Shown: positions 47,473-56,744 of the stretch, in pieces
How positions within the stretch are numbered: position 1 is the first letter of the stretch
Layout of the letters: every line of letters begins with the position of its first letter
Assembly (NCBI GenBank): GCA_051251855.1
Contig: JBPOGI010000002.1
Span: 352,001-416,000 of the forward strand
Length of the DNA stretch: 64,000 nucleotides
Direction: 5' to 3'
Source: Roseibacillus sp.
GTDB taxonomy: Bacteria; Verrucomicrobiota; Verrucomicrobiia; Verrucomicrobiales; Akkermansiaceae
Notes under the pieces: model-generated
Seen by the model: the letters and a program-made list of their open reading frames with translations, nothing else
What the model was told of the DNA's origin: nothing
Databases searched by the model: none
Position numbers and translations under genes: made by a program

Positions 47473-48837
47473 CTAAGATGGGTTGTCAGGCGGGGTGGGT
47501 AAGCTCGACGGTTGAGGCGCAGCGCTTGTTTCTAGAGGGGCGCTTTTAAAAAGGCTGAGGACAAAGTCGATCGTGGGAAGTTGGTTCTTATTGATCCGGA
47601 CTTCAGGAATGGTGCTGTGGCGAAGAGCTCGTTCAATCTCAGGGGAGGGTGTATCGACGAGCAGAATTTCAATTGGGTGAGTTGCCAGCCAGTCGATGGA
47701 CAAAATTTGAGAAGCCAGTTGCTCGCTCGTAGGGGCAATGGTGTGGTGGATGTAAGGAGGGGTTTCACCTTCGGTGGTTTGATGAGAGTGAATCCAAAGG
47801 AACTCGATTGAGAGGTCGAAGTCGGAAGCCTTGCGATGTTCTTGTAGCTTCTCAGCTAAGGTGTGGTCCGGAGTGCGGGTCGTTACGATGAGCATACGCA
47901 AAGGCTTAGTCTGCGCATGAGGGGTCTTGGTCTTCTTGCTTTTCATCGACAAGGGGTATTTGCCAGCGAGTCGCCAGCGGTCATGAAGCCACAAGTAGTC
48001 GGCGGGAGAACGACGAATGAGGGTCTCGAGCGCGGATACAATTTTTGGAGTATCCGGGCGCGTGCCCAATGGTTGAAAGACCATTTGCCATTTTCCCGGT
48101 GTGAGGGTTTCGATTCCTGCTGCAACGACGGGAGCGTCGGCCTTGCGGGCGAGGAGGGCTGGGAGAGGGGATAGTGATGATAGTCGATTAAAAAAGGGAA
48201 TCGCAATGCCGCCGCGTCCGACCTTTTGATCGGCGACAACAATGAGGAGTCCGCCGTTTTTTACAAAGGAGGCAGGGGCATGAAAGCCGTCGCGTTTATT
48301 GAAAAGCTTCGACCCATCTTGTTCCCTTCTTTCTAAGAGAAGTCTGTCTACGAGGGGATTCTTGAGAGGTTGATAGATGCCTCCTGCAGCTACTCCCTTG
48401 GGGAGGAATTGGTGAAGCCGATTTAGAATTTCCCAGTTGCCCATGTGGCCAAGGACCAAAATAGCTCCTTGGCCGCTGGCGAGAATTTTTTGGAGAGGTT
48501 CGTAACCTTGCAAAGCGACGTGTTTGCTGACGTCTTCGGTTGGAAGGATGGTTGTCTTGAGAGTGCCTAGGAAATTCGCGATAGTGCGTTGGCAAGTGCG
48601 TCGAGCAAGAAGGCGGATTTCGCTCGAGGATTTCTCCTCTCCAAAAGCAATACGAAGATTGCGAATGGCGAGTTGGCGGTAATTGCGAGAAAGGTAAAAG
48701 AAGAGAAATCCGATTGCGGAGCCAGCTCGGTCGATGAGAGAGAGCGGAGCTAGCCGAAAGATTGCCTCCATGAAAAGATAGCCAACGTATTCCAGTCGCC
48801 ACGAGAGTCGCTTGGTCCATTTATAACTCGCAGCCAT
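47473..48837 (-). CDS. Lipid A late acyltransferase (LpxL/HtrB family) with C-terminal extension
   Basis: NLRIAF, HMGNWE, DQ, FF, YLWLHDRWR. Confidence 0.88.
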   Translation of the reverse strand: MAASYKWTKRLSWRLEYVGYLFMEAIFRLAPLSLIDRAGSAIGFLFFYLSRNYRQLAIRNLRIAFGEEKSSSEIRLLARRTCQRTIANFLGTLKTTILPTEDVSKHVALQGYEPLQKILASGQGAILVLGHMGNWEILNRLHQFLPKGVAAGGIYQPLKNPLVDRLLLERREQDGSKLFNKRDGFHAPASFVKNGGLLIVVADQKVGRGGIAIPFFNRLSSLSPLPALLARKADAPVVAAGIETLTPGKWQMVFQPLGTRPDTPKIVSALETLIRRSPADYLWLHDRWRLAGKYPLSMKSKKTKTPHAQTKPLRMLIVTTRTPDHTLAEKLQEHRKASDFDLSIEFLWIHSHQTTEGETPPYIHHTIAPTSEQLASQILSIDWLATHPIEILLVDTPSPEIERALRHSTIPEVRINKNQLPTIDFVLSLFKSAPLETSAAPQPSSLPTPPDNPS

Positions 48838-48840
48838 TGT

Positions 48841-49464
48841 TTAGAGACTATCTTTACCGCGACGCAAAGGGAGGGTGAATCCGACAACGCCGACGAAGAT
48901 GAAATAGCAGGCAAGGAGTTCTAAATAAGCGGAGCAAATTTGTGGAAGGCCCGGCGGGACTTCGCCTTCGAGACTGGCTGCCCAAAAAGCGCGGGAACCA
49001 AAGAAGTAGGCGAAGACGTAAATAATGATGACTGCCGCGGCAATGAAGCCCGAGGCTGGTTGGCGTGCTGAGAGGGCGACGAAGCGAAGGGTCTCGCGGG
49101 GATTTTTCAAAAAGAGGAGGATGATTGCCCCCAGAGTCGGGACCAGAAGCCAGTCTTTGTCAAAGGGAAGGAAATCTTCGATCCACGGTACTTCGCCTAT
49201 CGTGGCAGCGACACAGCCCAATGCGAGGGCGTGGTAGATGGGGCGGAAGCGACCGGCATGGGCTGCGGCGGCCAGAAGAATGGCCATCGAAAGAAGGAGG
49301 AGGGCCGGTTGAAGAAGTTCGACGGCGGAGTTTTCCAAATCAAGCCCACTGGCTGAAGTGCGGGGAAGCCAAGCGGGAAAGAGGATCAAAATAGAGCCTA
49401 GCCCGACAAGAGCGGTGCTGGCTAAGGTTCTGAACCAATTGGGTCTGTCTTTGTCTAGAGGCAA
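48841..49464 (-). CDS. Hypothetical membrane protein
   Basis: About 6 TM segments, EN..VE..Q motif. The ORF-track start overlaps tRNA-Ser, so a downstream TTG is assumed. Confidence 0.65.
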   Translation of the reverse strand: MPLDKDRPNWFRTLASTALVGLGSILILFPAWLPRTSASGLDLENSAVELLQPALLLLSMAILLAAAAHAGRFRPIYHALALGCVAATIGEVPWIEDFLPFDKDWLLVPTLGAIILLFLKNPRETLRFVALSARQPASGFIAAAVIIIYVFAYFFGSRAFWAASLEGEVPPGLPQICSAYLELLACYFIFVGVVGFTLPLRRGKDSL

Positions 49465-49578
49465 GGGAGGGAAGATAGTTCGAAAGCCTGTTGGCAGCAA
49501 TCGGGATTCGGGTCTTTCGTGCTCACTTTCGGGTTGCCAATGCCCAGATTGCCTTGTAGCTTCCGCGCCCCACTCAAA

Positions 49579-49668
49579 GGACAGATGGCAGAGTGGTCGA
49601 ATGCGCACGCCTGGAAAGCGTGTGAGGCAGCAATGTCTCCGAGGGTTCGAATCCCTCTCTGTCCGCCA
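49579..49668 (+). tRNA. tRNA-Ser (GGA)
   Basis: GGACAGA acceptor stem, anticodon loop CTGGAAA, long variable arm, GGTTCGAATCC, encoded CCA. Confidence 0.96.
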
Positions 49669-49708
49669 GACCCCACCTCAGCTTGCTGGGGTGGGGTCTG
49701 GTGGTTTT
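49666..49708 (+). terminator. Hairpin/terminator after tRNA-Ser
   Basis: CCAGACCCCACCTCAGC / GCTGGGGTGGGGTCTGG stem, followed shortly by TTTT. Confidence 0.6.
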
Positions 49709-50064
49709 AAGGAGGGGCGAGAAACCCACCCGAGCGGAGCGAGGATAATGCCGTCTGTTCTTTTGAAAAGAATCATTCCTTCTGCGAATCCACGCGAACG
49801 CGATAGCTTAGCCTCTTTTGAGAGGCAATCCTTCACCTTCGAGCATTTAGGGAGAATTGAAATGTCGCCGAGGTAGTGACGCTCTGCAGAAAATATTCAT
49901 TGCTGAGAGTTCCGCTTTGGCTGCAGGCTCGATCGATGTTGAGTTCGGCGGAAACCTCGTCCCCGACTTTTTGTGGGGGAACCGAGACGTCCCTACTGCT
50001 GCTGCTGCTTGAGCTCGATTTATTTTGAATTGTCACTCGAACACCAGAAGGCAGAATTGTTTTT

Positions 50065-51012
50065 ATGCAAAACAACCCCAGCTCAACCTTGAGGATTCTT
50101 CTTTTGACTTGGCTTCTCGGGCTGACGGTCTCTTCCGCTGAAAGCGAACGAATTGCTGGCACTCAGGCGAGCATCGCTCCTCCGGAGGGGGTTGAAGTCG
50201 CGACTCAGTTTCCAGGGTTTATCGACAAGGAGTCCGGGTCGTCAATTATGGTGACTGTGATTCCAGGGCCTTACGCGGAGGTGACGGGGGGCTTTACCGA
50301 GGAGAATATGGCTCTTCGCCAGATGGAGTTGCTTCAAAAGAAGGAGCGGAAGCAGGGCGACCTCGAAGGCACCTTGATTCATTTGTCTCAGACTGCCGGG
50401 CAGGGAACCGAGTATCTCAAGTGGATTTGGATTTTTGGAAATGATAAGGAGTCAGTCTTCGTGACAGCGACTTTTCCTAAAGAAGAAGGGGAGGAGTTTT
50501 CCAAGAAGATGCGAGCCTCTGTGGAGTCCACGACTTGGGACGCGAATCTAAAGGTCGACCCTTTCGAAGGACTCACTTTCCGGATTGAAGAGGCTGGAAA
50601 ATTTCGCATCGCGAAGGTGGTGGGCAATATGATCATCCTAACGGAGGATGCCGTCTTTCCAACGCCGGAATTAACCGCGCCCTTCGTCATTGTCGGAGCA
50701 TCTCTTTCGGAGAATTGGGAGGGCCCTGAGGATTTGATCGCATTTGGTTCACAGCGGGTGAAACAAACGCAGGAGTTTCAAGAGTGTGAGATCGAGTCAT
50801 CCGAAGAGTGGGCCCAGGCTGGCATGGCGGGAGTGATGACAAAGGCGACAGGCGGCGGCGCTGACGGGGAACGCTTTGTCCAACAGGGCCTTCTTTTCTC
50901 GGAAGATGGTTACTACATTCTGCAAGCCTTTTGCCAAGAGGATGCACGTGCTGAACACAAGGACTCGATTCAGAAAATCTTCGACTCTTTCGAAACCGTT
51001 CAGGCGAAGTAG
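50065..51012 (+). CDS. Hypothetical secreted protein
   Basis: Signal peptide, coherent 315-aa ORF; no motif recognised with certainty. Confidence 0.7.
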   Translation: MQNNPSSTLRILLLTWLLGLTVSSAESERIAGTQASIAPPEGVEVATQFPGFIDKESGSSIMVTVIPGPYAEVTGGFTEENMALRQMELLQKKERKQGDLEGTLIHLSQTAGQGTEYLKWIWIFGNDKESVFVTATFPKEEGEEFSKKMRASVESTTWDANLKVDPFEGLTFRIEEAGKFRIAKVVGNMIILTEDAVFPTPELTAPFVIVGASLSENWEGPEDLIAFGSQRVKQTQEFQECEIESSEEWAQAGMAGVMTKATGGGADGERFVQQGLLFSEDGYYILQAFCQEDARAEHKDSIQKIFDSFETVQAK

Positions 51013-51039
51013 GGGAGGCGCTTCCCGATTTTAATCTTA

Positions 51040-52404
51040 CTACTCGATGGTGCTCTTTCTTCGAGGCATGTTAGCGTCCGTTTTTTCGAGCCAAGAGAAG
51101 AGTTTTTCCTTTAAGGGGGCGATCCGGTCGGGCTGGGCTGCTGCGAGGTTGTTCTTCTCGGAGAGGTCCTCCCTGAGGTTGTAGAGTTCAAAGGTGTCTT
51201 GATGTTGTCTCCAGATGAGCTTCCAGTCGCCATCGCGCACGGTTGATGCTCCTTGGAAGAACTTTCCGGTGCGATGGTGGGGGAAGTGTTGGTAGATAGG
51301 GCGGTCCTTAAATTCTCCCTCTTTGGTGAGTAGGGAAAGGTAAGAAGCTCCGTCGAGAGGCTTCGTTTTCTTGGGGACGGGGACTTCTGCCAAAGCAAGC
51401 AAGGTGGGAAAGAAATCGGCACCGGCGACGGGGGTGGCGATGGTGGAGCCTGCGGTGAAATGCTCAGGCCATCGGTAGATGAGGGGGACGCGGACTCCAC
51501 CTTCGTAAATGGTGCCTTTGCTTCCTCGCAGAGGAGGTTGTGCGCGGGTGCCACCATTGTCGGAAGTGAAGACGACGATGGTGTCTTCGCTCAAGTCGAG
51601 TTCGTCCAATGCCGCCAAGACGTTCGCTACCGCTTCGTCCATGCATGCTAACATTCCGTTGTAGCGATTCTTGTTTTTCTTAGTCACGCTTGGCTTAGGG
51701 TTCAGCGGGCTATGGATGGTGTAGAAACTGAGATAGGCGAGGAAGGGTGTTTCCCTGTTTTCCGTTATAAAGGTAATAGTTTCTTGAGCGAGCCTGTCGG
51801 TCAGGTATTCGCCATCTGGTCCGTCGGGTAGTTCTCCGTTTTGGTAGGGAGGGAAATAGGCTTTGGCGGCGGGTTGTCCGTAAGCGCATCCACCCTTGTT
51901 GACGTCAAATCCCTGATGCTGAGGATGCCATGCCTCATTGACGATGCCGTCCTTTGTTCGGCGAGATCCTTGGCCAGCTAGATGCCATTTTCCGAAGAAC
52001 CCGGTAGCGTAGCCTCCTTCTTTGAGGGCTTCCGCGATGGTGACCTCGTCGAGAGGCAGGTGGTCAATCATCTCCGCCTCCCAGAGGTCTCCTTGGGCTT
52101 GTTTCTTTTTGTAGTAGCTTTCAAAGCCTACTCCAGGAATATGAGCGGTGAGCTTGAGGGAGGCAGGGCTGCGGCCGGTGAGGATTTCGCCACGAGAAGG
52201 GGTGCAAACGGTGGCTGCATAGGCGTTGCTAAAGATGATTCCCTCTTCAGCGAGTTGGTCGATGCGGGGAGTTTGGGTGACTTTGGGATTTTGATAACCG
52301 ACATCGGCCCAGCCCAAGTCGTCGACAAGGATGAAGAGAATATTAGGCTTCCTTGCGGCTGCGGGGAGAGTGACGATGAGAAGGGCGGCAAGGAGAAATC
52401 TCAT
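51040..52404 (-). CDS. Sulfatase (Cys-type)
   Basis: PNILFILVDDLG, CTPSR, GKWHL, SDNGG, YEGGVRVP; signal peptide. Confidence 0.95.
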   Translation of the reverse strand: MRFLLAALLIVTLPAAARKPNILFILVDDLGWADVGYQNPKVTQTPRIDQLAEEGIIFSNAYAATVCTPSRGEILTGRSPASLKLTAHIPGVGFESYYKKKQAQGDLWEAEMIDHLPLDEVTIAEALKEGGYATGFFGKWHLAGQGSRRTKDGIVNEAWHPQHQGFDVNKGGCAYGQPAAKAYFPPYQNGELPDGPDGEYLTDRLAQETITFITENRETPFLAYLSFYTIHSPLNPKPSVTKKNKNRYNGMLACMDEAVANVLAALDELDLSEDTIVVFTSDNGGTRAQPPLRGSKGTIYEGGVRVPLIYRWPEHFTAGSTIATPVAGADFFPTLLALAEVPVPKKTKPLDGASYLSLLTKEGEFKDRPIYQHFPHHRTGKFFQGASTVRDGDWKLIWRQHQDTFELYNLREDLSEKNNLAAAQPDRIAPLKEKLFSWLEKTDANMPRRKSTIE

Positions 52405-52460
52405 TTGGGGGTAAATGTTCGTCGTCGAAGTGGCACAAGATAGGCTCTGGCTTCGCTCGG

Positions 52461-53465
52461 CTATTTTTTCAGGTTCGGTAGATCGATTTCGGCACTTGGA
52501 GTTGTATCGGCATCAATGTCGCCGACGGCGAACTGGAGGCCGGCGAGGTAATGTTTAAGAATCAGGGGATTCCAATAGATTTCATCATTGTGACCTAGGC
52601 TGCTGTAAAAGACTCTTCCTTTTCCGACCGACTGGACCCAACAGACAGGGAAGCAATTGTCTTTGCGACTTGGTTTTTGGCGAGGCTTGTCGCTTCGCTC
52701 AGGGTCTAGGTGGAGAAGCATACGGAGCTTATCACGGGTCGCGGTGCCATCTGCGAATTGATAGATTTCATCACGAACACGGAAGTCGTCGATGCCATCG
52801 AAGACAGGCTTGATAATAGCGTGCTCAGGGTCTTCAACGACGATGGTCACGTTCGAGTTGGCATTCCAGGGGTGTCCGTTAAAAATTCCACCAATGGCTT
52901 CAGTGTATTGATGGTTCCCTTTGCAGGAGTCTGTGGCAGCGTGAATACCGGCGAGGCCTCCTCCTTGCTCGACATACTTAATGAGATTATCGACGAGGCG
53001 ATCGTTCTGTTCCTGGAGTTGCTTTCGCTCTTCGTCATTGAATTTCTTCTTCGCAACCTTGCCGTTCGGCATGAAAATGTCTCCGGTTGAGTTGAGAATT
53101 AAAACTGCATCGAAGGTTTTCAGTGCTTCAGGCTCAAAGTTGGCCAGTTGGTCACTTACCACAGCCTCATAGGCTCCTGTCTTTTCGCCCAATCTTGTGA
53201 TGGCGACTTTTCCGACGGGGATGCATTTGTGGCGAAAGCCTGAAGTTGCGCTATAAACCAGAAGTCTCCGCGCGGCTTTGGGCTTCACGATAGGAGAGGT
53301 AGGCACGGCTTCTTCGATAGCCTTGATGCTCTCTTCTGAGGGAGCGGGGTCGTTGTGGTTGGGCTCCCAATCGACTTTCTCGGCGGAGACTGGTAGGCAT
53401 GCGAGGGAAAGAACGAGGGTTAAGGTAGACTTTTTCAAAGGCGTGAAGGGATGATGAAGGGCCAT
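52461..53465 (-). CDS. ThuA-like domain protein
   Basis: GFRH..I, GGG..GIHAA, F.GHPW, DEIY, GKGRVFYSSLGH; start ATG 53465. Confidence 0.85.
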   Translation of the reverse strand: MALHHPFTPLKKSTLTLVLSLACLPVSAEKVDWEPNHNDPAPSEESIKAIEEAVPTSPIVKPKAARRLLVYSATSGFRHKCIPVGKVAITRLGEKTGAYEAVVSDQLANFEPEALKTFDAVLILNSTGDIFMPNGKVAKKKFNDEERKQLQEQNDRLVDNLIKYVEQGGGLAGIHAATDSCKGNHQYTEAIGGIFNGHPWNANSNVTIVVEDPEHAIIKPVFDGIDDFRVRDEIYQFADGTATRDKLRMLLHLDPERSDKPRQKPSRKDNCFPVCWVQSVGKGRVFYSSLGHNDEIYWNPLILKHYLAGLQFAVGDIDADTTPSAEIDLPNLKK

Positions 53466-53675
53466 GGTATGGCTCTGAAACGGCAATTGACGTGATGATT
53501 TTGCAAAAATCCGCAAATCTCGCGATTAATTCGTTGGAGTGCCTTCGAAGGGTAAGAATTCTCCTATCATTAAAGTAGTATTCGCCGATGGTCGCTCGGT
53601 TAGCGACCGCCAGTCTGACGAATAGACTCATCGTCTGATAGTTCATCATCACAAACCTCAAAAAATTCCTTTGCC

Positions 53676-56294
53676 TTGAAATCAAGAACTCTCCTCCTCT
53701 CCGGCTTAGTGCTATCCATCGGCTCTGTTCTATCTGCGGCTGAAAAAGGCAAGCATGAGAGCGCGAAAAAGTTTCCGATCTACCAACGTGGCTACCTAAG
53801 CCCCGAGGAGTCACTCAAGTCTATTGAGTTGCAGGATGACTATTCACTCAAACTCGTTCTATCCGATCCCGCCGTCATCGAGCCGGTGGCGATGGCGTGG
53901 GATGGCAATGGCGCCCTCTACGTGGTGGAGATGCGCACTTACATGCAGGATGCCGATGCCAGTGGTGAGAAAAAGCCTATCTCTCGGATTTCTCGACACG
54001 AGGATGTGGACGGTGATGGCATTTATGAGAAGCACTCCATCTTTATCGACAACCTTCTCCTCCCTCGCTTTGTCCTTCCACTGGACGATCGCATCATGAT
54101 CGGGGTGACTAATACCAAAGACCTTTGGACCTATCGGGATAGTGATGGGGATGGAGTCGCCGACGAAAAGGTGAAGGTCCATGAGGGTGGTGGTCGAGGA
54201 GGCAATATGGAGCACCAGGCTTCGGGGCTTCTCTGGAATCTTGATAACTGGCTCTACTGCACCTATGAACCCGAGCGCTATCGTTTTGTGGGGGGCAAGA
54301 TTGAGGTAGAAGCTTTGTCTAAAGGGCAGGGGCAATGGGGGATAGGCCGGGACAATGTCGGCCGCCTTTACTACACCACGGCAGGGGGAGAGACTCCTGC
54401 AGCGTCTTTCCAACAGCCGATTATCTATGGTGCCTTGAACCTCCCTAAAGAGCTGCAAGAGGCCGAAGACTTTCGCACCGTCTACCCCATTGCGAATGTT
54501 CCCGACGTCCAAGGGGGCGCGAGGCGAGTGAACAAGACGGGGGGGCTCAATCACTTCACGGGAGGAGGTGGGCAATCCATCTACCGTGGTGACCGTCTTC
54601 CGAGCGACTTGCACGGTGATATGATTCTACCAGAGCCTGTCGGGCGCCTCATTCGTCGGGTGGAGGTGAAGCGGGAAGATGGTCGCACCTTCTTAAGCAA
54701 CTACTATCCCGAGGATGAGTTCATCCGGACGACCGATGTGAACTTTCGTCCCCTTTGGTCTGCGACCTCACCCGATGGCGCGCTGATGGTGATCGACATG
54801 CACCGAGGGATTATTCAACAGGGGAACTGGACCCGCCCTGGCTCATACTTACGTGCAGTGATTGATGAGTGGGGATTGGATAAGAACATTGGAAAAGGCC
54901 GCATCTATCGTCTCGAGCATCCTACCTTTCGTCCTGATAAAAAGCCTCGCATGCTCGATGAGACAACTGCCGAACTGGTAGCTCATCTTTCCCACCCTAA
55001 TGGCTGGTGGCGCGATACTGCGCAGAAGCTTATCATTCTTCGTGAGGATGGACCCACAGTCGTGCCTGCCCTCGAGCGATTGGCGAAATCTGGCTCCTCT
55101 GAATTTGGTCGACTGCATGCGCTCTGGACTTTGGAGGGTCTTTCCGAGGTCACTCCCGAGCTCCTACAATCGTCGATAGCGGACTCTTCCTCAATCGTGC
55201 GCTGTGCAGCGATTCGGATTGCAGAACCTTTGCTCACCGAGAGTCATGAGAGATTGAGTGAGAGTATCCTCAACAGTTCCCAGCTCTCCGGCGACGTCGA
55301 GATGCAATTGCAATTGCTCAACTCGATCGCTTATTCTGCCACTTCTCATTCGGGTTTGCTAGCCTACTCCGAAAAGTTAAAAAAGGACCAGCGCGACCAT
55401 CCTGTCTTCAGAAGCCTAGCAGGAATGCATAAGTCGATCGAAGCTGCTCGAGAGGCCTCAAAGTTAATGCACCTCAGGAACAAGGCTCTTGCTGATTCCA
55501 TGGACCAAGGGAAGATTGCTTACGAGCAACTTTGTTTCGCTTGTCATGGTGCCGACGGAAAAGGCGCGCCTATGCCGGGCACTCCTGGACAGTTTCTCGC
55601 GCCCTCCTTTGTCGACAATCCTCGCGTGGTGGGTTCCGATCACACCCCCATTCGGACTCTTCTGCACGGACTGACCGGAGACCTCGACGGTAAGGAATAC
55701 GAAGGTCTGATGGTTGGGATGGGAACTAACACAGATCAATGGGTCGCCGATGTCGTCACCTACATTCGGAACTCTTTCGGTAATGAAGCTCCGCTGACCA
55801 AGGCCGAGACCGTAGCGGCCCTGCGTGCCAGCCACAGCGAACGCTCTGAGCCTTGGACCCAAGAGGAGTTAGAAAAGGCAGCCCCTGCTAATTTAAGCCG
55901 CAAGGGATGGCGTTTGACCGCCAGCCACAATGAAAAAGAAATAGCAGCGGCTACCGATGGCGACCGCAAGACCCGCTACACGACCGGTTCCTCGCAAGCG
56001 AAGGGGATGTGGGTGCAAGTCGAATTGCCCGAGGTGGCTATGCTCTCTGAGATCGAGTTGGAATACAGTCGTTCGAAAGGGGACTTTCCAGAACAATACG
56101 CAGTCTCTCTCTCAATGGATGGCAAGAATTGGAGTGAGCCAGTGGCTCAGGGGAGAGGTGCTCCCAAGCAGAGTAACATTGGCTTCCTGCCGACTGAGGC
56201 CCGTTTTGTGAAAATCGAGCTCACCTATGCGACCACCAGACTCTACTGGTCGATTCATGAGCTTTATCTCCTTGGGCATTATCTCGAGGATTAG
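53676..56294 (+). CDS. PVC-type membrane-bound dehydrogenase-like protein: beta-propeller, HEAT repeats, cytochrome c and F5/8 type C domain
   Basis: LSPEES, EPVAMAWD, FRP, GRIYR, HPNGWWRDTAQ, HALWTL, CFACH, DGD..TRY, W.QVEL, ARFVKI, WSIHE. Confidence 0.85.
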   Translation: MKSRTLLLSGLVLSIGSVLSAAEKGKHESAKKFPIYQRGYLSPEESLKSIELQDDYSLKLVLSDPAVIEPVAMAWDGNGALYVVEMRTYMQDADASGEKKPISRISRHEDVDGDGIYEKHSIFIDNLLLPRFVLPLDDRIMIGVTNTKDLWTYRDSDGDGVADEKVKVHEGGGRGGNMEHQASGLLWNLDNWLYCTYEPERYRFVGGKIEVEALSKGQGQWGIGRDNVGRLYYTTAGGETPAASFQQPIIYGALNLPKELQEAEDFRTVYPIANVPDVQGGARRVNKTGGLNHFTGGGGQSIYRGDRLPSDLHGDMILPEPVGRLIRRVEVKREDGRTFLSNYYPEDEFIRTTDVNFRPLWSATSPDGALMVIDMHRGIIQQGNWTRPGSYLRAVIDEWGLDKNIGKGRIYRLEHPTFRPDKKPRMLDETTAELVAHLSHPNGWWRDTAQKLIILREDGPTVVPALERLAKSGSSEFGRLHALWTLEGLSEVTPELLQSSIADSSSIVRCAAIRIAEPLLTESHERLSESILNSSQLSGDVEMQLQLLNSIAYSATSHSGLLAYSEKLKKDQRDHPVFRSLAGMHKSIEAAREASKLMHLRNKALADSMDQGKIAYEQLCFACHGADGKGAPMPGTPGQFLAPSFVDNPRVVGSDHTPIRTLLHGLTGDLDGKEYEGLMVGMGTNTDQWVADVVTYIRNSFGNEAPLTKAETVAALRASHSERSEPWTQEELEKAAPANLSRKGWRLTASHNEKEIAAATDGDRKTRYTTGSSQAKGMWVQVELPEVAMLSEIELEYSRSKGDFPEQYAVSLSMDGKNWSEPVAQGRGAPKQSNIGFLPTEARFVKIELTYATTRLYWSIHELYLLGHYLED

Positions 56295-56503
56295 TCTACT
56301 TAGCTTCTTCCTCGGCAGGCCTCGCTTTCGAAACAAGCGGGTCCTGATCATCAGGGCCATTGAATTACGAGAATACAATCGTTTCTCGCTTAGGACGGCT
56401 GCATAGGCACTCAAAAATTGGAAAAGTGTTTGATTCCCCATTTCCTACAAAACTGGAATTGGTTGAGCATCTTACAATGCATTCATTTTCAGAAGTTTGA
56501 AAA

Positions 56504-56578
56504 TGGCTCCGGCGGTAGGATTCGAACCTACGACCTAGTGGTTAACAGCCACCCGCTCTACCACTGAGCTACGCCGGA
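56504..56578 (-). tRNA. tRNA-Asn (GTT)
   Basis: Reverse complement TCCGGCGTAGCTCAGTGGTAGAGC...CTGTTAA...GGTTCGAATCCT...GCCA. Confidence 0.97.
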
Positions 56579-56744
56579 ATTTAAGAGTCGAAAGGGAATT
56601 TCCCTCGCGGGCGGCGACTCTCCACAGGTAAGGGATGTTTCGCAAGTAAATTTTTGCTATCGAGGGCACTTTTTGGTGATTTTTCGTCGTCTCCTTTGTC
56701 ACGTTTTTTTTGGCTTGAATAAAGGGCTACAAAGTCGCCTTTTC

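Noticed and set aside
49465..49608. ORF-track N-terminal extension of the 48841 gene (similar extensions at 2902, 4751, 11306, 21063, 28956, 46704)
   Set aside because: They overlap a tRNA, a terminator or neighbouring genes, or precede clear signal peptides or family starts; downstream starts were chosen.
49833..50162. 109-aa minus-strand ORF with a poly-Ser (CTG-type triplet run near 49996-50008)
   Set aside because: Overlaps the start of the 50065 gene and has no recognisable homology; the triplet run is too short to call a phase-variable tract.
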